Positions 1 through 12,080 of a stretch of 64,000 nt of DNA are shown in pieces. The position numbers and the translations under genes were made by a program. The notes beneath the pieces are model-generated. The model was given only the letters and a program-made list of their open reading frames with translations. It made no database searches and had not been told where the DNA came from. The stretch spans positions 5,391,758 to 5,455,757 of the forward strand of contig NC_057758.1 in assembly GCF_004010195.1 (NCBI RefSeq), given 5' to 3'. How positions within the stretch are numbered: position 1 is the first letter of the stretch; each line of letters starts with the position of its first letter. The DNA comes from Chiloscyllium plagiosum (Eukaryota).

Positions 1-680
1 GTTTTCGGCCACAGAACCGCCTATCTACTCCCCGCAGAATAGAATTAACTGTGACCACGGTCCTACGAGACTTTTTCCCGCTCTTCTGAGCAACAGTGCC
101 CACCACCGTGCCATGATCCTGGCAACTGCTGCCCCCTCCTGATGTGCCATCTCCCCCAACAGTATCCAGAACAGTAAACCTGTTTTGGAGGGAGATGACC
201 ACAGGGGACACCTGCACTGAACTGCTTTCCTACTCATTTTCTGTCTATTGGTCACCCATTCTCTGTCTCCCTCAGCAACTCTAACCTGCAGTGTGACCAG
301 TTCACTAAACGTGCTATCCACGACCTCCTCAGCATCACGGATGCTCCACAGTGAGTCCATCCGCAGCTTCAGAGCGTTATGCAGTCAAAGAAGAGCTGCA
401 GCTGGACACATTTCCAGCAGTTAAAAGAATGAGGAATGTCAGACACGTTCCTAAGCTCCCACGTCAAGCGAAAGGTAGATGCCACTGGTCTGAGGTCCCC
501 TACCACGGTAAGCTTAGCTTTACAAGAAGTAAAACCAAACAATGCACTGAAATATATGAAAAGAAAAATAAAGAAAAAAATAAAAGCCTTACCTTACAGA
601 GTCTTTTACTTTCAGCTAGAGAACCGGGACGGGAGAGAGACACTACACGTGTAGTACCTCATGTTTAGCCACTGCCCAAA
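1..680 (-). mobile_element. CR1 LINE 5' part (ORF1 and start of its esterase/SGNH domain), degraded
   Basis: Minus strand reads MDSLWSIRDAEEVVDSTFSELVT..., then a shifted SLQNRFTVLDTVGGDG and NSILRGVDRRFCG. This matches CR1 ORF1 motifs (PLxNRY/FTVL; GDSIVRGxDRRFCG). Confidence 0.75.
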
Positions 681-698
681 TATAAATTAAGCCCATTG

Positions 699-960
699 CT
701 TCCCGGCAGCCCTCGCTTCAGTCAACCTTCTCTCCACGCCGCTCTGTCAACATGGAGGCCCGACTCCCATGGTAAGTCCCTTTTTAAGTGGGAAAGCTTA
801 CCCTTCCCGGGAGCACTCGCTCACTCCACCTTCTTTCCTCGCCACTCTGTCAAAATGGAGACACGACTCACGAGATATTCCTTTTTTAAGTGGGAAAACT
901 TACCTTCCCAGCAGCCCTTGCTTCACTCCACCTTCTCTCCTCGCTGATCTGTCAAAATCT
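699..960. repeat. ~103-bp tandem repeat, about 2.5 copies
   Basis: ctctgtcaa(c/a)atggag...ttttttaagtgggaaa...cttacc...cactccaccttct recurs at about 743 and 846, with partial flanking copies. Confidence 0.75.
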
Positions 961-974
961 AATCTAATCTAATC

Positions 975-1564
975 AAAAATCTCCAAAGAATACTACTCTC
1001 ATATTCTTACAGGTATCTGCAAATTCGCGACGCATCTGCTCCTTAGTACTTGTTTGCTACTTGGTGGTCTATAATACAATCCTAACAGAGTGTCTACCTT
1101 GGTTTTCTTTCTAAATTCTAAACACATGGCCTCATTAAATGATCCCTTAAGTGTATCATCTCTTAGCACGGATGTTATTTACTCCCTTATCAAAAAGACA
1201 TCATCCCCTCCTCACTTGATGGTATTTCTGTCACGCCTGCAGCTTCTGCATCTTGCAAAACGGATCTACCAGCCCTACCCTTCTCTCAGACATCTTTCGG
1301 TTATGGCTATAGTATCCCCATCCCAGAGTCAATCCATGCTATGAGCTTGAATGCCTTATCAATCAGGCCGCGTGTGGTGAAATAAATGCACCAGACGTCT
1401 TTTTCCTCCCTTTGCAGTGCCGCTGGATCTCCTGAACAGTAAACCTCCTCTCAATGGCTGATGTATTTTCCCCTCACAGGTCGATCGACCCTCTCTTCTT
1501 CAGAGTCCCAACCCTCTGCCAAACTAGTTTAATGCTTGCTAGTTAAAAATAACAAATGTTGCTC
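975..1564 (-). mobile_element. Degraded CR1 fragment (ORF1/endonuclease junction region)
   Basis: Pyrimidine-rich antisense sequence similar to the other minus-strand CR1 pieces in the window; ends at a gap. Confidence 0.45.
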
Positions 1565-2064
1565 NNNNNNNNNNNNNNNNNNNNNNNNNNNNNNNNNNNN
1601 NNNNNNNNNNNNNNNNNNNNNNNNNNNNNNNNNNNNNNNNNNNNNNNNNNNNNNNNNNNNNNNNNNNNNNNNNNNNNNNNNNNNNNNNNNNNNNNNNNNN
1701 NNNNNNNNNNNNNNNNNNNNNNNNNNNNNNNNNNNNNNNNNNNNNNNNNNNNNNNNNNNNNNNNNNNNNNNNNNNNNNNNNNNNNNNNNNNNNNNNNNNN
1801 NNNNNNNNNNNNNNNNNNNNNNNNNNNNNNNNNNNNNNNNNNNNNNNNNNNNNNNNNNNNNNNNNNNNNNNNNNNNNNNNNNNNNNNNNNNNNNNNNNNN
1901 NNNNNNNNNNNNNNNNNNNNNNNNNNNNNNNNNNNNNNNNNNNNNNNNNNNNNNNNNNNNNNNNNNNNNNNNNNNNNNNNNNNNNNNNNNNNNNNNNNNN
2001 NNNNNNNNNNNNNNNNNNNNNNNNNNNNNNNNNNNNNNNNNNNNNNNNNNNNNNNNNNNNNNNN
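1565..2064. other. Assembly gap (500 N)
   Basis: Run of N. Confidence 1.
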
Positions 2065-2249
2065 TTTTTATTGCAATTTAAGAATAAAGAGGAAATCTTG
2101 GTACATCATAACATACAAGGCTACAGGCCAAGATTCCCTAGTGTGGAAACACTATCTTCGGCCCCACAAGTCCACACCAACCCTCCAAATTGTTCCTCAG
2201 AGACTTGATAAGCTGAAGGACCTCATTTGCACTGAATAATTCTATGATT

Positions 2250-3490
2250 CTATTATCCTATTTCATTGAAAATTTTATAATTTGGACAGAGTCAGATACA
2301 CTGGATGTAGGAATGATTTTTTTTTCCTGGCTGGGAATCCAGAACAAGAGATTACCATCTCATAATACATAGTATTCTAGACCAGAAATTCATTCACGTT
2401 CTTTTCAGAACAAAAATGAGGAGAAATTGTTTCACTCAGATGAACAGGTGGGATTCTCGAACACAAAAGGCTATGGCTCACTAAATATGAAAAAGATAGA
2501 TTTCTAGAAGCTAAAGAAGTTCAGCAGTATGGGGAGAAAGTTGGAGAAAGGTATTGAGATAGAAGATCAGTCAAATCAGAACTGGCTCAACAGGCTGAAT
2601 GATCTATTCATGCTCCTATTTCTATGTTTCATTTTTTCCTGTTTAAAACTTCATCCATGACTCTAACGTGCCATTGCAAATCACCTCTGGTCTCTAATTG
2701 GCTCTACTCCTCCTTTGCAATATTCTTACAATTGATGTGGCTACCAAATACTTTTGGATTCCCCTTTATGTTGGCTGCTAGACATTGCTCATAATCATTT
2801 TTCAGTTCTCCAATATGCTTTATTTTCATGTCAGCGCTGAACCTTCCAGAATTCTCTTCATTGTCAACTGTGTTATCTACCTGACACCAATCATAAAGTT
2901 GTTTTTCCTTGTGTAAGAGACAGGACCAGAGGGCATAATTCAGAGTGAGGGGGTTGCTCATTTAAGGCAGAGATGAGGAATAATTTCTTCTCTCAGAGGG
3001 TAATGTGGTATTCTTTACCACAGAAGGCTGTTGAGACTGGATCAATAAATAATCTCAAGGCTGAGACAGCTTTTTAATCAGTAAGGGTATCAAGAGTTAT
3101 GGGATAGGGTAGAATCGTGAAGTTGAAAATGATCAGATCAGCCATTACCTCATAAATGGTGGAGCAGACTCGATGGGCTGAATGGCCTTCTTCTACACTT
3201 GCATTGTTTTTTTAATTTTAGGTTCTATTTCCTTTTCTATCCTGGGAGCTTTAAATTTGTTTTGCTACCACTTTCTCTTTTCAGGGAATATACCTTTACT
3301 GTACATGAACCACCTTCTCTATGAAGGTACCTCATTGCTCAGCTAAATTTATATCATTAACTTTTCATTGAAGTATTTCTGGCACAGCTCTGTTCTTATC
3401 TCATTGAAGTTATCTACCTCCCCACTTAATTATCTGTATTCTGGGTGATCATTGTCATTCTCCATCATCAATCTGAACCTTATGATACAA
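2250..3490. mobile_element. Nested CR1 fragments: plus-strand 3' ends at ~2250-2630 and ~2905-3200 within a minus-strand ORF2 remnant
   Basis: CR1 3' motifs such as gagatgagga..aatttcttctctcagaggg and gggctgaatggcct; minus-strand ORF 2704..2961 contains LAANIKGNPKVF. Confidence 0.7.
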
Positions 3491-4337
3491 TAATTCTTTG
3501 AGGAGGTGACCAAGCATGTGGATGAGGGTAGAGCAGTGGATGTAGTATACATGGATTTTAGTAAGGCATTTGATAAGGTTCCCCATGATAGGCTTATGTG
3601 GAAAGTCAGGAGGCAGGGGATAGAGGGAAATTTGGCCAATTAGATAGAAAACTGGCTAACCGGTTGAAGTCAGAGAGTGGTGGTAGATGGCAAATATTCA
3701 GCCTGAAGCCCAGTTACAAGTGGAGTTCCGCAGGATCAATTCTGGGTCCTCTGCTGTTCGTAATTTTTATGAATGACTTGGATGAGGGAGTCGAAGGGTG
3801 GGTCAGTAAATTTGCAGAAGATACGAAGATAGCTGGAGTTGTGGACAGTGAGGAGGGCTGTTGTCGGCTGCAAAGAGACTTAGATATGATGCAGAGCTGG
3901 ACTGAGGAGTGGCAGATGGAGTTCAACCCTGCCAAGTGTGAGGTTGTCCATTTTGGAAAGACAAATAAGAATGCAGAATACAGGGTTAATGGTAGGGTTC
4001 TTAGTCAGGTGGAGGAACAGAGGGATCTTGGGGTCTATGTACATAGATCTTTGAAGGTTGCCACTCAGGTGGATAGAGTTTGTAAGAAGGCCTATGGAGT
4101 ATTATCGTACATTAGCAGAGGGATTGAATTCAAGAGTCGTGAAGTGATGTTGCAACTGTACAGGACCTTGGTTAGGCCACAGTTGGAGTACTGTGTGCAG
4201 TCTGGTCGCCTCACTTTAGGAAAGATGTGGAAGCTTTGGAGAGGGTGCAGAGAAGATTTACCAGGATGTTGCCTGGAATGGAGAATAGGTCGTACGAGGA
4301 TAGGTTGACAGTACTAGGCCTTTTCTCGTTGGAACGG
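3490..4337 (+). mobile_element. CR1 LINE reverse transcriptase fragment (relatively young)
   Basis: VDVVYMDFSKAFDKVPH, GSILGPLLFVIFMNDLDEG, SKFAEDTK, WQMEFNPAKC and LYRTLVRPQLEYCVQ, with frameshifts and stops. Confidence 0.95.
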
Positions 4338-4837
4338 NNNNNNNNNNNNNNNNNNNNNNNNNNNNNNNNNNNNNNNNNNNNNNNNNNNNNNNNNNNNNNN
4401 NNNNNNNNNNNNNNNNNNNNNNNNNNNNNNNNNNNNNNNNNNNNNNNNNNNNNNNNNNNNNNNNNNNNNNNNNNNNNNNNNNNNNNNNNNNNNNNNNNNN
4501 NNNNNNNNNNNNNNNNNNNNNNNNNNNNNNNNNNNNNNNNNNNNNNNNNNNNNNNNNNNNNNNNNNNNNNNNNNNNNNNNNNNNNNNNNNNNNNNNNNNN
4601 NNNNNNNNNNNNNNNNNNNNNNNNNNNNNNNNNNNNNNNNNNNNNNNNNNNNNNNNNNNNNNNNNNNNNNNNNNNNNNNNNNNNNNNNNNNNNNNNNNNN
4701 NNNNNNNNNNNNNNNNNNNNNNNNNNNNNNNNNNNNNNNNNNNNNNNNNNNNNNNNNNNNNNNNNNNNNNNNNNNNNNNNNNNNNNNNNNNNNNNNNNNN
4801 NNNNNNNNNNNNNNNNNNNNNNNNNNNNNNNNNNNNN
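4338..4837. other. Assembly gap (500 N)
   Basis: Run of N. Confidence 1.
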
Positions 4838-4939
4838 TTCTTGTTGCATGGTCAGCGTTTGATACTTGTACAGCATAAATATTATTTTCCACTTTCCTGA
4901 CCAAGTCTGGATATTTTCCAGGTCTTGTTGACGTTTGGA

Positions 4940-5515
4940 AATTTGGACCGAAAAATCATTTCTCCAGCTCCTCTCCTGCTACCTGACCTGCTGTGCTTTT
5001 CCGGCACCACGGTCACGACAACGAGTTGTGGGTTTGATTATAAAACACGTCAGAGGATCATGTTTCCCCACACTCTAATCTGGAGGAAGAATTCCTTATG
5101 TTCCAACTTGGGACCCTGCAAACACATGGGATTAATGTGAATTTCACTCGGTTACTCATTTCCCCTTCCCCCACTCGTTATCTCGTCCCAATCCTCCAAC
5201 TCGGCACCACCCTCTTGATCTATCCATTATCTTTTCGAACGATCAACTACACTCCACTCTCCTCTCTGACCGATCACCTTCTTCTCACCTTCATCTGCCT
5301 GTTGCATTCTCAGCTTTCTTCACCGCGCCCCACCAGGCACACTACCCGCCTATTTGTCTCTCAGCACGATTGGCCAACCAGCCTTATTCCTGATGAAGGA
5401 CTTGCACCCAGAATTTCGATTCCACTGATCCTCAGATGATGTCTGATCTGCTCTGCTTTTGCAGCACCACCCTCTCGACTCTGATCTAAAGCATCTGCAG
5501 TCCTCAGTTTCTTCC
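4940..5515 (+). mobile_element. Degraded Penelope-like 3' fragment (GIY-YIG tail and pLTR)
   Basis: LEEEFLMFQLGTLQTHGINVNF resembles LEEERLIFHLGTLQPQGMNSDF at ~9120; the terminal block ctgatgaagg...gcatctgcagtcctca is present. Confidence 0.75.
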
Positions 5516-5764
5516 ACAACTGGTTGTTTGGACTGGAGACCGGATCCAGTGGGAGTGGAATGACAGAGCTCGGCATTGTTTCACGCGCCTGTGCTGCTCC
5601 CAATGTTAAGCTTGTATGTATTTCTTTCTTATGTCTTCAGCAAGACTGTCACTCGTTCCTGAGGTGCACTTGATGCTGCTCTTGACATTCTCTTCATTTA
5701 AACACTGTCGCTGGGAAATAGAGATTGAAGTAATTACCCAGGCCGTGAGGCTATCAATAGCATT

Positions 5765-5890
5765 TAAGTTCATTTTCAGTTTTCTTCAATTGGCGCGACC
5801 TGTATCCCTGTTGTGGCCAGCATTCTTTGCCCAGCCCTCGCTGTCTTTGAGAAGGTGGCAGTGAGCTAACTTCTTGTACCACTGCAGTCT
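5765..5890 (+). mobile_element. Deu-SINE-like fragment
   Basis: ggccagcatt..ttgccca.ccct..gagaaggtgg..gtgagc..cttcttg.accactgcagtc, shared with the fragments at ~28100 (opposite strand) and ~29330. Confidence 0.55.
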
Positions 5891-6039
5891 CATCTTCAGT
5901 TGTTCTTGGACCACAGCGTGCCATGGATGCCCAGGTTTGAAGATGTTCATTTCGTTTGAAATAACTTTTATCGACGTCGAGAACACCACCAAATTGCCCC
6001 ATCTGTCGTGTTTACAGACCGAGAATGAAGGTGAGACAT

Positions 6040-6105
6040 ACAGAGTGAGCGAGAGAGAGAGAGCGACAGAGAGAGAGAGAACAAGAGAGAGTGTCAGAGA
6101 GAGAA
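6040..6105. repeat. (AG)n microsatellite, imperfect
   Basis: gagagagaga runs. Confidence 0.9.
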
Positions 6106-6339
6106 GTACAATGATAGTACAGGCTTGCAACATTGACAACACTTCAACTGGAATTCGCTGCCTGCACATTATACTGGCACATTCCGAAACTGGGAAAGTG
6201 AGATTGAAAATGATCTCAGCTTCCTTTCATCCCACCATTTCCTCCCCAAGATCTCTTTGCATATCTCTCGATTAACCTTTCCAACTGTCGTCATATTTCA
6301 GGCAGTGTAGTTTCGATATTCCAAACGGCCTCTTCTGTA

Positions 6340-6730
6340 CTGCATTATTTTTTTCTTTCTATGATTCCATCTCGGTCTCTCACCCTTTCTTTTATTTTCT
6401 TACGCCCCGACCGTTCTCACAATTCTATCCATCTTTTTCTCACTTCACTCCTTTCTCTCTTTGTTTTCCTCCTTCCTAACTGTCTCAATTTTTACCTCTC
6501 AATCCGCAGCTCTGCCTCACTGTCATTTAACCATCTGCCTCTTCTCACTCATTCGCTGTTTTTTTGCATCTCTTTCTACCACTGTCTCTACATGTGTTCC
6601 AGTGTTCTTTTCTCTTCTTGATCTCATTCTAATCGTTTGCATCATTGCCACTCTGTCCTCGTTCTTCTGTCACCATCTCTGCCTTGCTTCATGCTATCTC
6701 TCTGCATCTCTCTCTCATCCTGCCTGATTT
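6340..6730. repeat. CT-rich low-complexity tract
   Basis: Strong pyrimidine bias; explains the hydrophobic F/L/S ORFs here. Confidence 0.7.
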
Positions 6731-8139
6731 ATTTATCCAGAGTGTTAAACAGTATTGATTCTTTGTTGTTTTGTGGAATAACTGCTTCCAAATGGTTCTG
6801 CCTTTTTGCTGCTCACCATCAGCTTTTTACTTAAGTTGCAAGGAATGAGCTGTCACAGAATATGATACAACAGCCCACCGTCTATCTGTGGGAACAATGC
6901 ACAAATCTAAATGTTTGAATATCCGAACATCACCAGATCATATCCTAAATATTGTAAAATAACGTGCGTTGTTTTTGTCGATAATACCTGAAGAGAAGCT
7001 TCCCAGAGTCAAACATTGTGTCCGTTATCGTTGGGAATCTGCAGAAACTTTTTTCAAATGATGTGACTGATTCTCGGTGAATGTTGCATTTGTAAAGCTA
7101 CCCAGTTAACCCGGTCTTAATCACTAGTTTGACTGTACTGCAGCCTCCATTAATTTTGTGTCATCCACTACATTTCTGGACGCGACAACCTGAGTTGGAT
7201 GAAAGCACAGCGAAGAAACAGATAGCGCAAAGCAGCTTTAAAAGCATGGTTTCCGTGCAACAAACGCAGTTCTGAAGATAATAAGATGTGGCACATTTCT
7301 CCTTGCACAGGAGAAGGACTAGTGGGTCCAAGCACATAATGGTGTTAAACAGAGGTAAGGAAGATAGATTGATTCCCGCTCCTAAATAAGAGAGAACCAT
7401 GGGGTGTGGAATCAGGCACCGATTTCAAATGACGTGAAAAGCAACATACTTGAGATGAGAAAGTTGTTTACTCGTCAAAGCACAGAGTTTTGTTCTGGAA
7501 TTGCTGTCTGGAATTAAGGCAGAAATAGATTGTATTGAGGTTTTCAAAAGAGGTATTAAATGGAGATTCGAACAGAATGTATATGCAAGGTGCTAGCGAA
7601 ATCCAAGGAGATTGCCATTCAGTTATGAATCTCCTTCAAACAGCCAATTCAAAAAGTTTGGATCGAGCGGCCTCCTGCGGCACACCAGCATTTTTGTGAG
7701 GTTGTGGACCATGTGCCAAACATACAGCAACGCGTTGGGCTAAAAGCAGTACGTAAGAGCAACTACCCTTCACAGCCTGGTGGTATTTGTCTGAGTGTGG
7801 CTACAAGGCTCACTGAAGTCAATGGAGACCATAGGACCCAATGGTTGCAATTGTATTTGTCACAGAGCATAGCAGTAGTCACTCCAGAGGTCTGATTATT
7901 TCAGCACAGAATATCCACAGAATGGTGCCCTCTGCACAGTTGCATTCATTTCCTTCCTCAATGACCTTGAACGATTGATGTTTAAAATGTTGTTTTAGAA
8001 AGGGTTAGTCTAGCAAACTCCGAGGAGCTGGAAAATCGTAGATTCTCCTGCCCCTTGGATTATGCTTGAGTTGCTGTGCTATTCCAGCACCAGACTCTCG
8101 AAATTAATCACCACAATCTGCAGTCTTCACTTTCTCCTA

Positions 8140-8668
8140 ATCTCGCAAACTGCAGACCTGTTCGCTTGATATCAATAATGGGAAGACTGATGGGAGCCAA
8201 AGTACGAAATAAGTTAAAATATATACTTTTAGGAAAATAGGTCCACATGAGACAATCAACATTGCATTTCCAAGGGCAGGTCATGCCTGACAAAGCTGAT
8301 TGAGTTATTTTATGACGACACTTAGTCAGTATATGAGGGAGTACTGTGAATGTCGTTTCTTTGGAGTTTCAGAAAGTATTTGTTACACTGCCACGTGACA
8401 TACTGTTTAGCACATAATAAAATGATTGGTATTGTTTAGTCATTTGCAACATGGATTAAAAATTGCTAAAAGATTGAAAACAGAGGGTATGGGAGGTAGT
8501 CGTTTCGCAGATCGGAGACAATCTGCAGTGGCGGTCTCAGGGGATAACTTCCTGAATCCTTGTCTATTTTCTTACTTCGAAGAATCATTTAGAGATAGCA
8601 AATGAGGGTAAAATTCCTCAATTTGGAAATGACATTGATTCGGGTCAATAGTGAATTGCGAGGATGCT
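8140..8668 (+). mobile_element. Old CR1 RT fragment
   Basis: Degenerate NCRPVRL, QHCISKGRSCLTKLIELF and LEFQKVF motifs; interrupted by the Penelope-like element at 8669. Confidence 0.65.
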
Positions 8669-9466
8669 AGGACTGCAGATGCTGGAGATCAGAGCTGAAA
8701 CTGTGTTTCTGGAATAGCGCAGCAGGTCAGGCAGCATCCAAGGAGCAGGAGAATCGACGTTTCGGGCATAAGCCCTTATTCAGGAATGAGGAAAGTGTCC
8801 CAACCCAACCACCACTCCCGGCACCTTCTGCTGCAACAGCAAGAAATGCAAAACTTGCGCCCACATCTCGCCCCTTACAACCCTCCAAGGCCCGAAGGGA
8901 TCCTTCCATATCACCACAAATTCACCTCCACACACATCATTTACTGCGTCCGCGGCACCCGATGTGGCCGACTTGCGGAACGTTTCAGAGAACACCTCTG
9001 GGACACCCGGACCAACCAACCCAACCACCCCGTGGCTCAACACTTCAACTCCCCCTCCCACTCCACCAAGGGCATGCAGGTCCTTGGACTCCTTCATCGC
9101 CCGACCACAACAACACGACGGCTCGAGGAAGAGCGCCTCATCTTCCACCTCGGAACCCTCCAACCACAAGGGATGAACTCAGATTTCTCCAGTTTCCTCT
9201 CCCCCACCTTGTCTCAGTCCCGACCCTCGAACGCAGCACCACTTTCCTAACCTGCAATCTTCTTCCTGACCTCTCCGCCCCCACTCCCACTCCGGCCTAT
9301 CACCCTCACCTTATCACCCTCACATTAACCTCCTTTCACCTATCGCATTTCCAACGCCCCTCCCCGAAGTCCCTCCTCCCTACCTTTTATCTTAGCCTGC
9401 TTGGCACACTTTCCTCATTCCTGAAGAAGGGCCCATGCCCGAAACGTCGATTCTCCTGCTCCTTGG
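8669..9466 (+). mobile_element. Penelope-like element 3' part: GIY-YIG C-terminus flanked by inverted pLTR segments
   Basis: HIIYCVRGTRCG, RLAERFREHL, PVAQHFNSPSHS and LEEERLIFHLGTLQP; 8739-8800 is an inverted repeat of 9403-9466. Confidence 0.9.
9421..9450 (+). ncRNA. Minimal hammerhead ribozyme core in Penelope pLTR
   Basis: CTGAAGA-a-GGGC ccat GCCC-GAAAC-GTC; stem I pairing is weak. Confidence 0.6.
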
Positions 9467-9614
9467 TTGCGAGCCTTCTAAGCAACTTCAGAGCGACCTT
9501 AAAATAACAAAACTCACGCAGCATGCAAAATCTTTTTTGAGGAGATTTTTTTCTAAAAACAAATTAGTTTAGAAACTCACTTCAACATGCTGGGGTGCAT
9601 GCAATATTTCATCG

Positions 9615-9820
9615 AGAACTGCAGAGCTGGAAAAGTTAGCGGGTCTGGCCTCATCCGAGGAGCACGATGGTCGAAGTTTTGGGCATTAGCCGTTCAGCAG
9701 GAATTTCTGATGAATGCCTTATGCCCAAAACATCGACTCTGCTGCTCTTTAGATGCTGGCTGTGTTTTTCGAGAACCACACTCTTTGTCTCTGATATCCA
9801 GCATCATGCAGTCTAAACCT
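9615..9820. mobile_element. Degraded Penelope-derived hairpin element
   Basis: Inverted arms tcga.gttttgggcat..cc.ttca.cagga / ctgatgaa.gccttatgcccaaaacatcga. Confidence 0.7.
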
Positions 9821-9932
9821 TCTGCTCGATGCAGTATTGCCAAGCACGTGTATTCATTAACTGAAGATACTTTGGGTTCTTACAAATGAAAACTGGGCTC
9901 TGGTCAGCTCAGTAGCCCCCGAAAGGGATCAG

Positions 9933-10756
9933 CTGAAGACGTGGAGAGCACGGCTCTTGGTGCTTGTGCTTCCGGTGTTGGAACAGCCCATCGAGTCTGA
10001 ATGTGGATTAAGAGGATGCTTTCTCTTTCGGGGTAAGTGAGCCTTTCCGTCTCCAATCTTACGAGAAACTCCGAGAGATGGGAGAATGTGACGGACCTAA
10101 AACGTCATTCAGGTGAATCAGAAATCTCCCCCAGTTTGAATCCACTTGCTTAACGTAGTTCTCAAAGAAGTCTGTCCCTTACCAAAGATTCCTAGTTTCC
10201 AAATTTACTGAAAACGTTTCTCACTTTTGTACATTGGTTTCAGTTACTGAGGAATGTTTTTCATTTACCTTAAACCTTCCACGTACATCTAAGTTTTTCT
10301 TACTAAGAATAGTTCTGGTCTGAGTGTTCTTTGGTTCTGCCATAAGGAGAGCACAGAGGTCAGTCCAAAGCTCCTACAGAAAAATGGCCACTGTACATTC
10401 CCTAACTGCTTTCTCGACGATAGACCCCAGTGGAGTACAGTGGACAGACCATGTCTCGACCTCCCCTACCAGATCACGCTGGGAGTAGAGAGAACAGGCC
10501 CGACCTCTGTCACTCCTGCTCAGACCACACTGGGAGCGCAGTGCACACTTCCTGTTATATTTAACTTTTCCCAAACACACTTGGAGCACCGTGCATGATG
10601 CCTTTCTATTTATACTCTGGAAATGCTTTCCTTTCAGGGGTGATCTTAAGATACGACAGAATTCCTAGGAGCTGCAAACAGGGGCCTTGTCGGAGAAATG
10701 AGTACATAACCCCTTACAAATGTTTCTGGTTTTATAAATGTTGCGTGGTCAGATGA
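9933..10756 (+). pseudogene. Beta-defensin-like two-exon pseudogene (exon 1 9933-10032, exon 2 10638-10756)
   Basis: Exon 2 follows tttcctttcag and reads (G)VILRYDRIPRSCKQGPCRRNEYITPYKCFWFYKCCVVR*, i.e. [Y]-x6-C-x4-C-x10-C-x5-CC. Exon 1 reads LKTWRARLLVLVLPVLEQPIES... (signal-peptide-like) and ends at G|GTAAGT in matching phase 1. It starts with CTG rather than ATG, and Cys1 is TAC. Confidence 0.6.
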
Positions 10757-10929
10757 TGAAAGACTGGGGCGTTGTCACTGCCAACTGCGACGTCACCACT
10801 GCCACAAGAGCTCCAACTATTGCCAGATAGTCTCAGTATCATAACATGACATTCTCTGCGAATTGTGTTAATTAAAATCACTTAATTGATCTCTAACTCT
10901 TCTCAACGTTTTATTCTGACTTTTCAATA

Positions 10930-11145
10930 GTGGAGAGCGGTCTCTGAGTCTGCAATCAGGTACACTCCACTCACTCAGCACTGACCTCTGTTTGTGCGAA
11001 GCTGCATTGAGCACGGACCCTCCAATATTGCAGGAATCCATCAACGCTAACCCTCCAATCGTCCGTAGATCCCAAATCAGTAACTGTTCAACAGCCTGGC
11101 ACTCCCTCAGAACTGACCCTCTGACAGTACATAGCTCTGGCAACA
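10930..11145. repeat. Degenerate ~33-bp repeat (cactccctcagcactgaccctccgacagtgcag-like), SINE-associated
   Basis: Repeated cactc..tcag.actgaccct...acag units. Confidence 0.55.
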
Positions 11146-11494
11146 GAGTGTTCTGAGATTGCGGACCTCATTCAGGTGAGCTGGGTGTGAATATTTTGGA
11201 GACAGCAAGAGCAGTGGAACTTTGCATGTACAGGTTCTTGGTTCTAAACGTCAGTTGTGAAGATTGGAGCACATTGGACGTTTCTCAATAGATGTGCGAT
11301 GGATTGAGGGTTGGTAGGATGTGGAGGGATATGCTAGTGGTTCAGGTAATCACAATTTGACGGGGCAGCTGGACAGAAAAGACCAGAATAAACTATTCCC
11401 TACTCGCAAATTACCAGAGAACCAGGGGACGTTGGATCAGGGACTCATTAAAGGTGATTAGAAAATACAATGAACTGCGACACTGTTCATTTAG

Positions 11495-11680
11495 GCAGCA
11501 TAGTGGCTCAGTTTCTCACACCACTGCCTCACAGCGCCAAGAACCTGCTTTCGGTTCCAGAATTGGGCGAATGTCTATTCTTCCCGGGTCAGCGTGAGTT
11601 TCCGAACGGTGCTCCGTTTTCCTCTGACAATCCAAAGATGTGCAAGTTAGTTGAATTGGCCGTGATAATTTCCCCAAAGG
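11495..11680 (+). mobile_element. tRNA-derived V-SINE (HE1-like), degraded
   Basis: ggcagca.agtggctcagt..cactgcctcacagcgcca head and ggtgctccg.tttcctc core. Confidence 0.7.
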
Positions 11681-11714
11681 TTGAATAAACTCGGACTTTT
11701 CTTTCTGGTGAGAA

Positions 11715-12080
11715 GGAGGCAAGGAGGAGACCTGTTCGAGGTGTCCAAAATAATAAATGGAATAGATAGAATCAATAGCCAGAGACTTTTCTCCAGGGAA
11801 GGATTGACTGGATGAGTCATAGTTTGAAGATATTAGGAGACGTCAAAGGTAGGTTCTTTATGCAGAGAGTTGTGAATGCATGGACTGCGTTGCCAGCTGT
11901 GGTGGTGGAAGCAGAGTCATTGGGCACACTTAAGCGACTTCTGGACATGCACATAGAGAGCAGTGAGTTGAGGAATGCGTAGGTTAAGTTACTATATTTG
12001 ATAGTATGATTAATTCTCGGCCTAACATTGTGGGTTTAAGGGCCTGTTCTGTGCTGTACTTTTCCATGTTCTATGTTCTA
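11715..12080 (+). mobile_element. CR1 3' end with tail
   Basis: gaggagacctg..gaggtgt..aaaat; ends gggcctgttctgtgctgtac..(ttctatg)n. Confidence 0.85.

Noticed and set aside
699..960. Spaced repeats as a possible CRISPR-like array
   Set aside because: Whole ~103-bp units repeat with no unique spacers, and the context is eukaryotic.
6361..6834. Hydrophobic ORFs resembling membrane proteins
   Set aside because: Explained by CT-rich low-complexity sequence.
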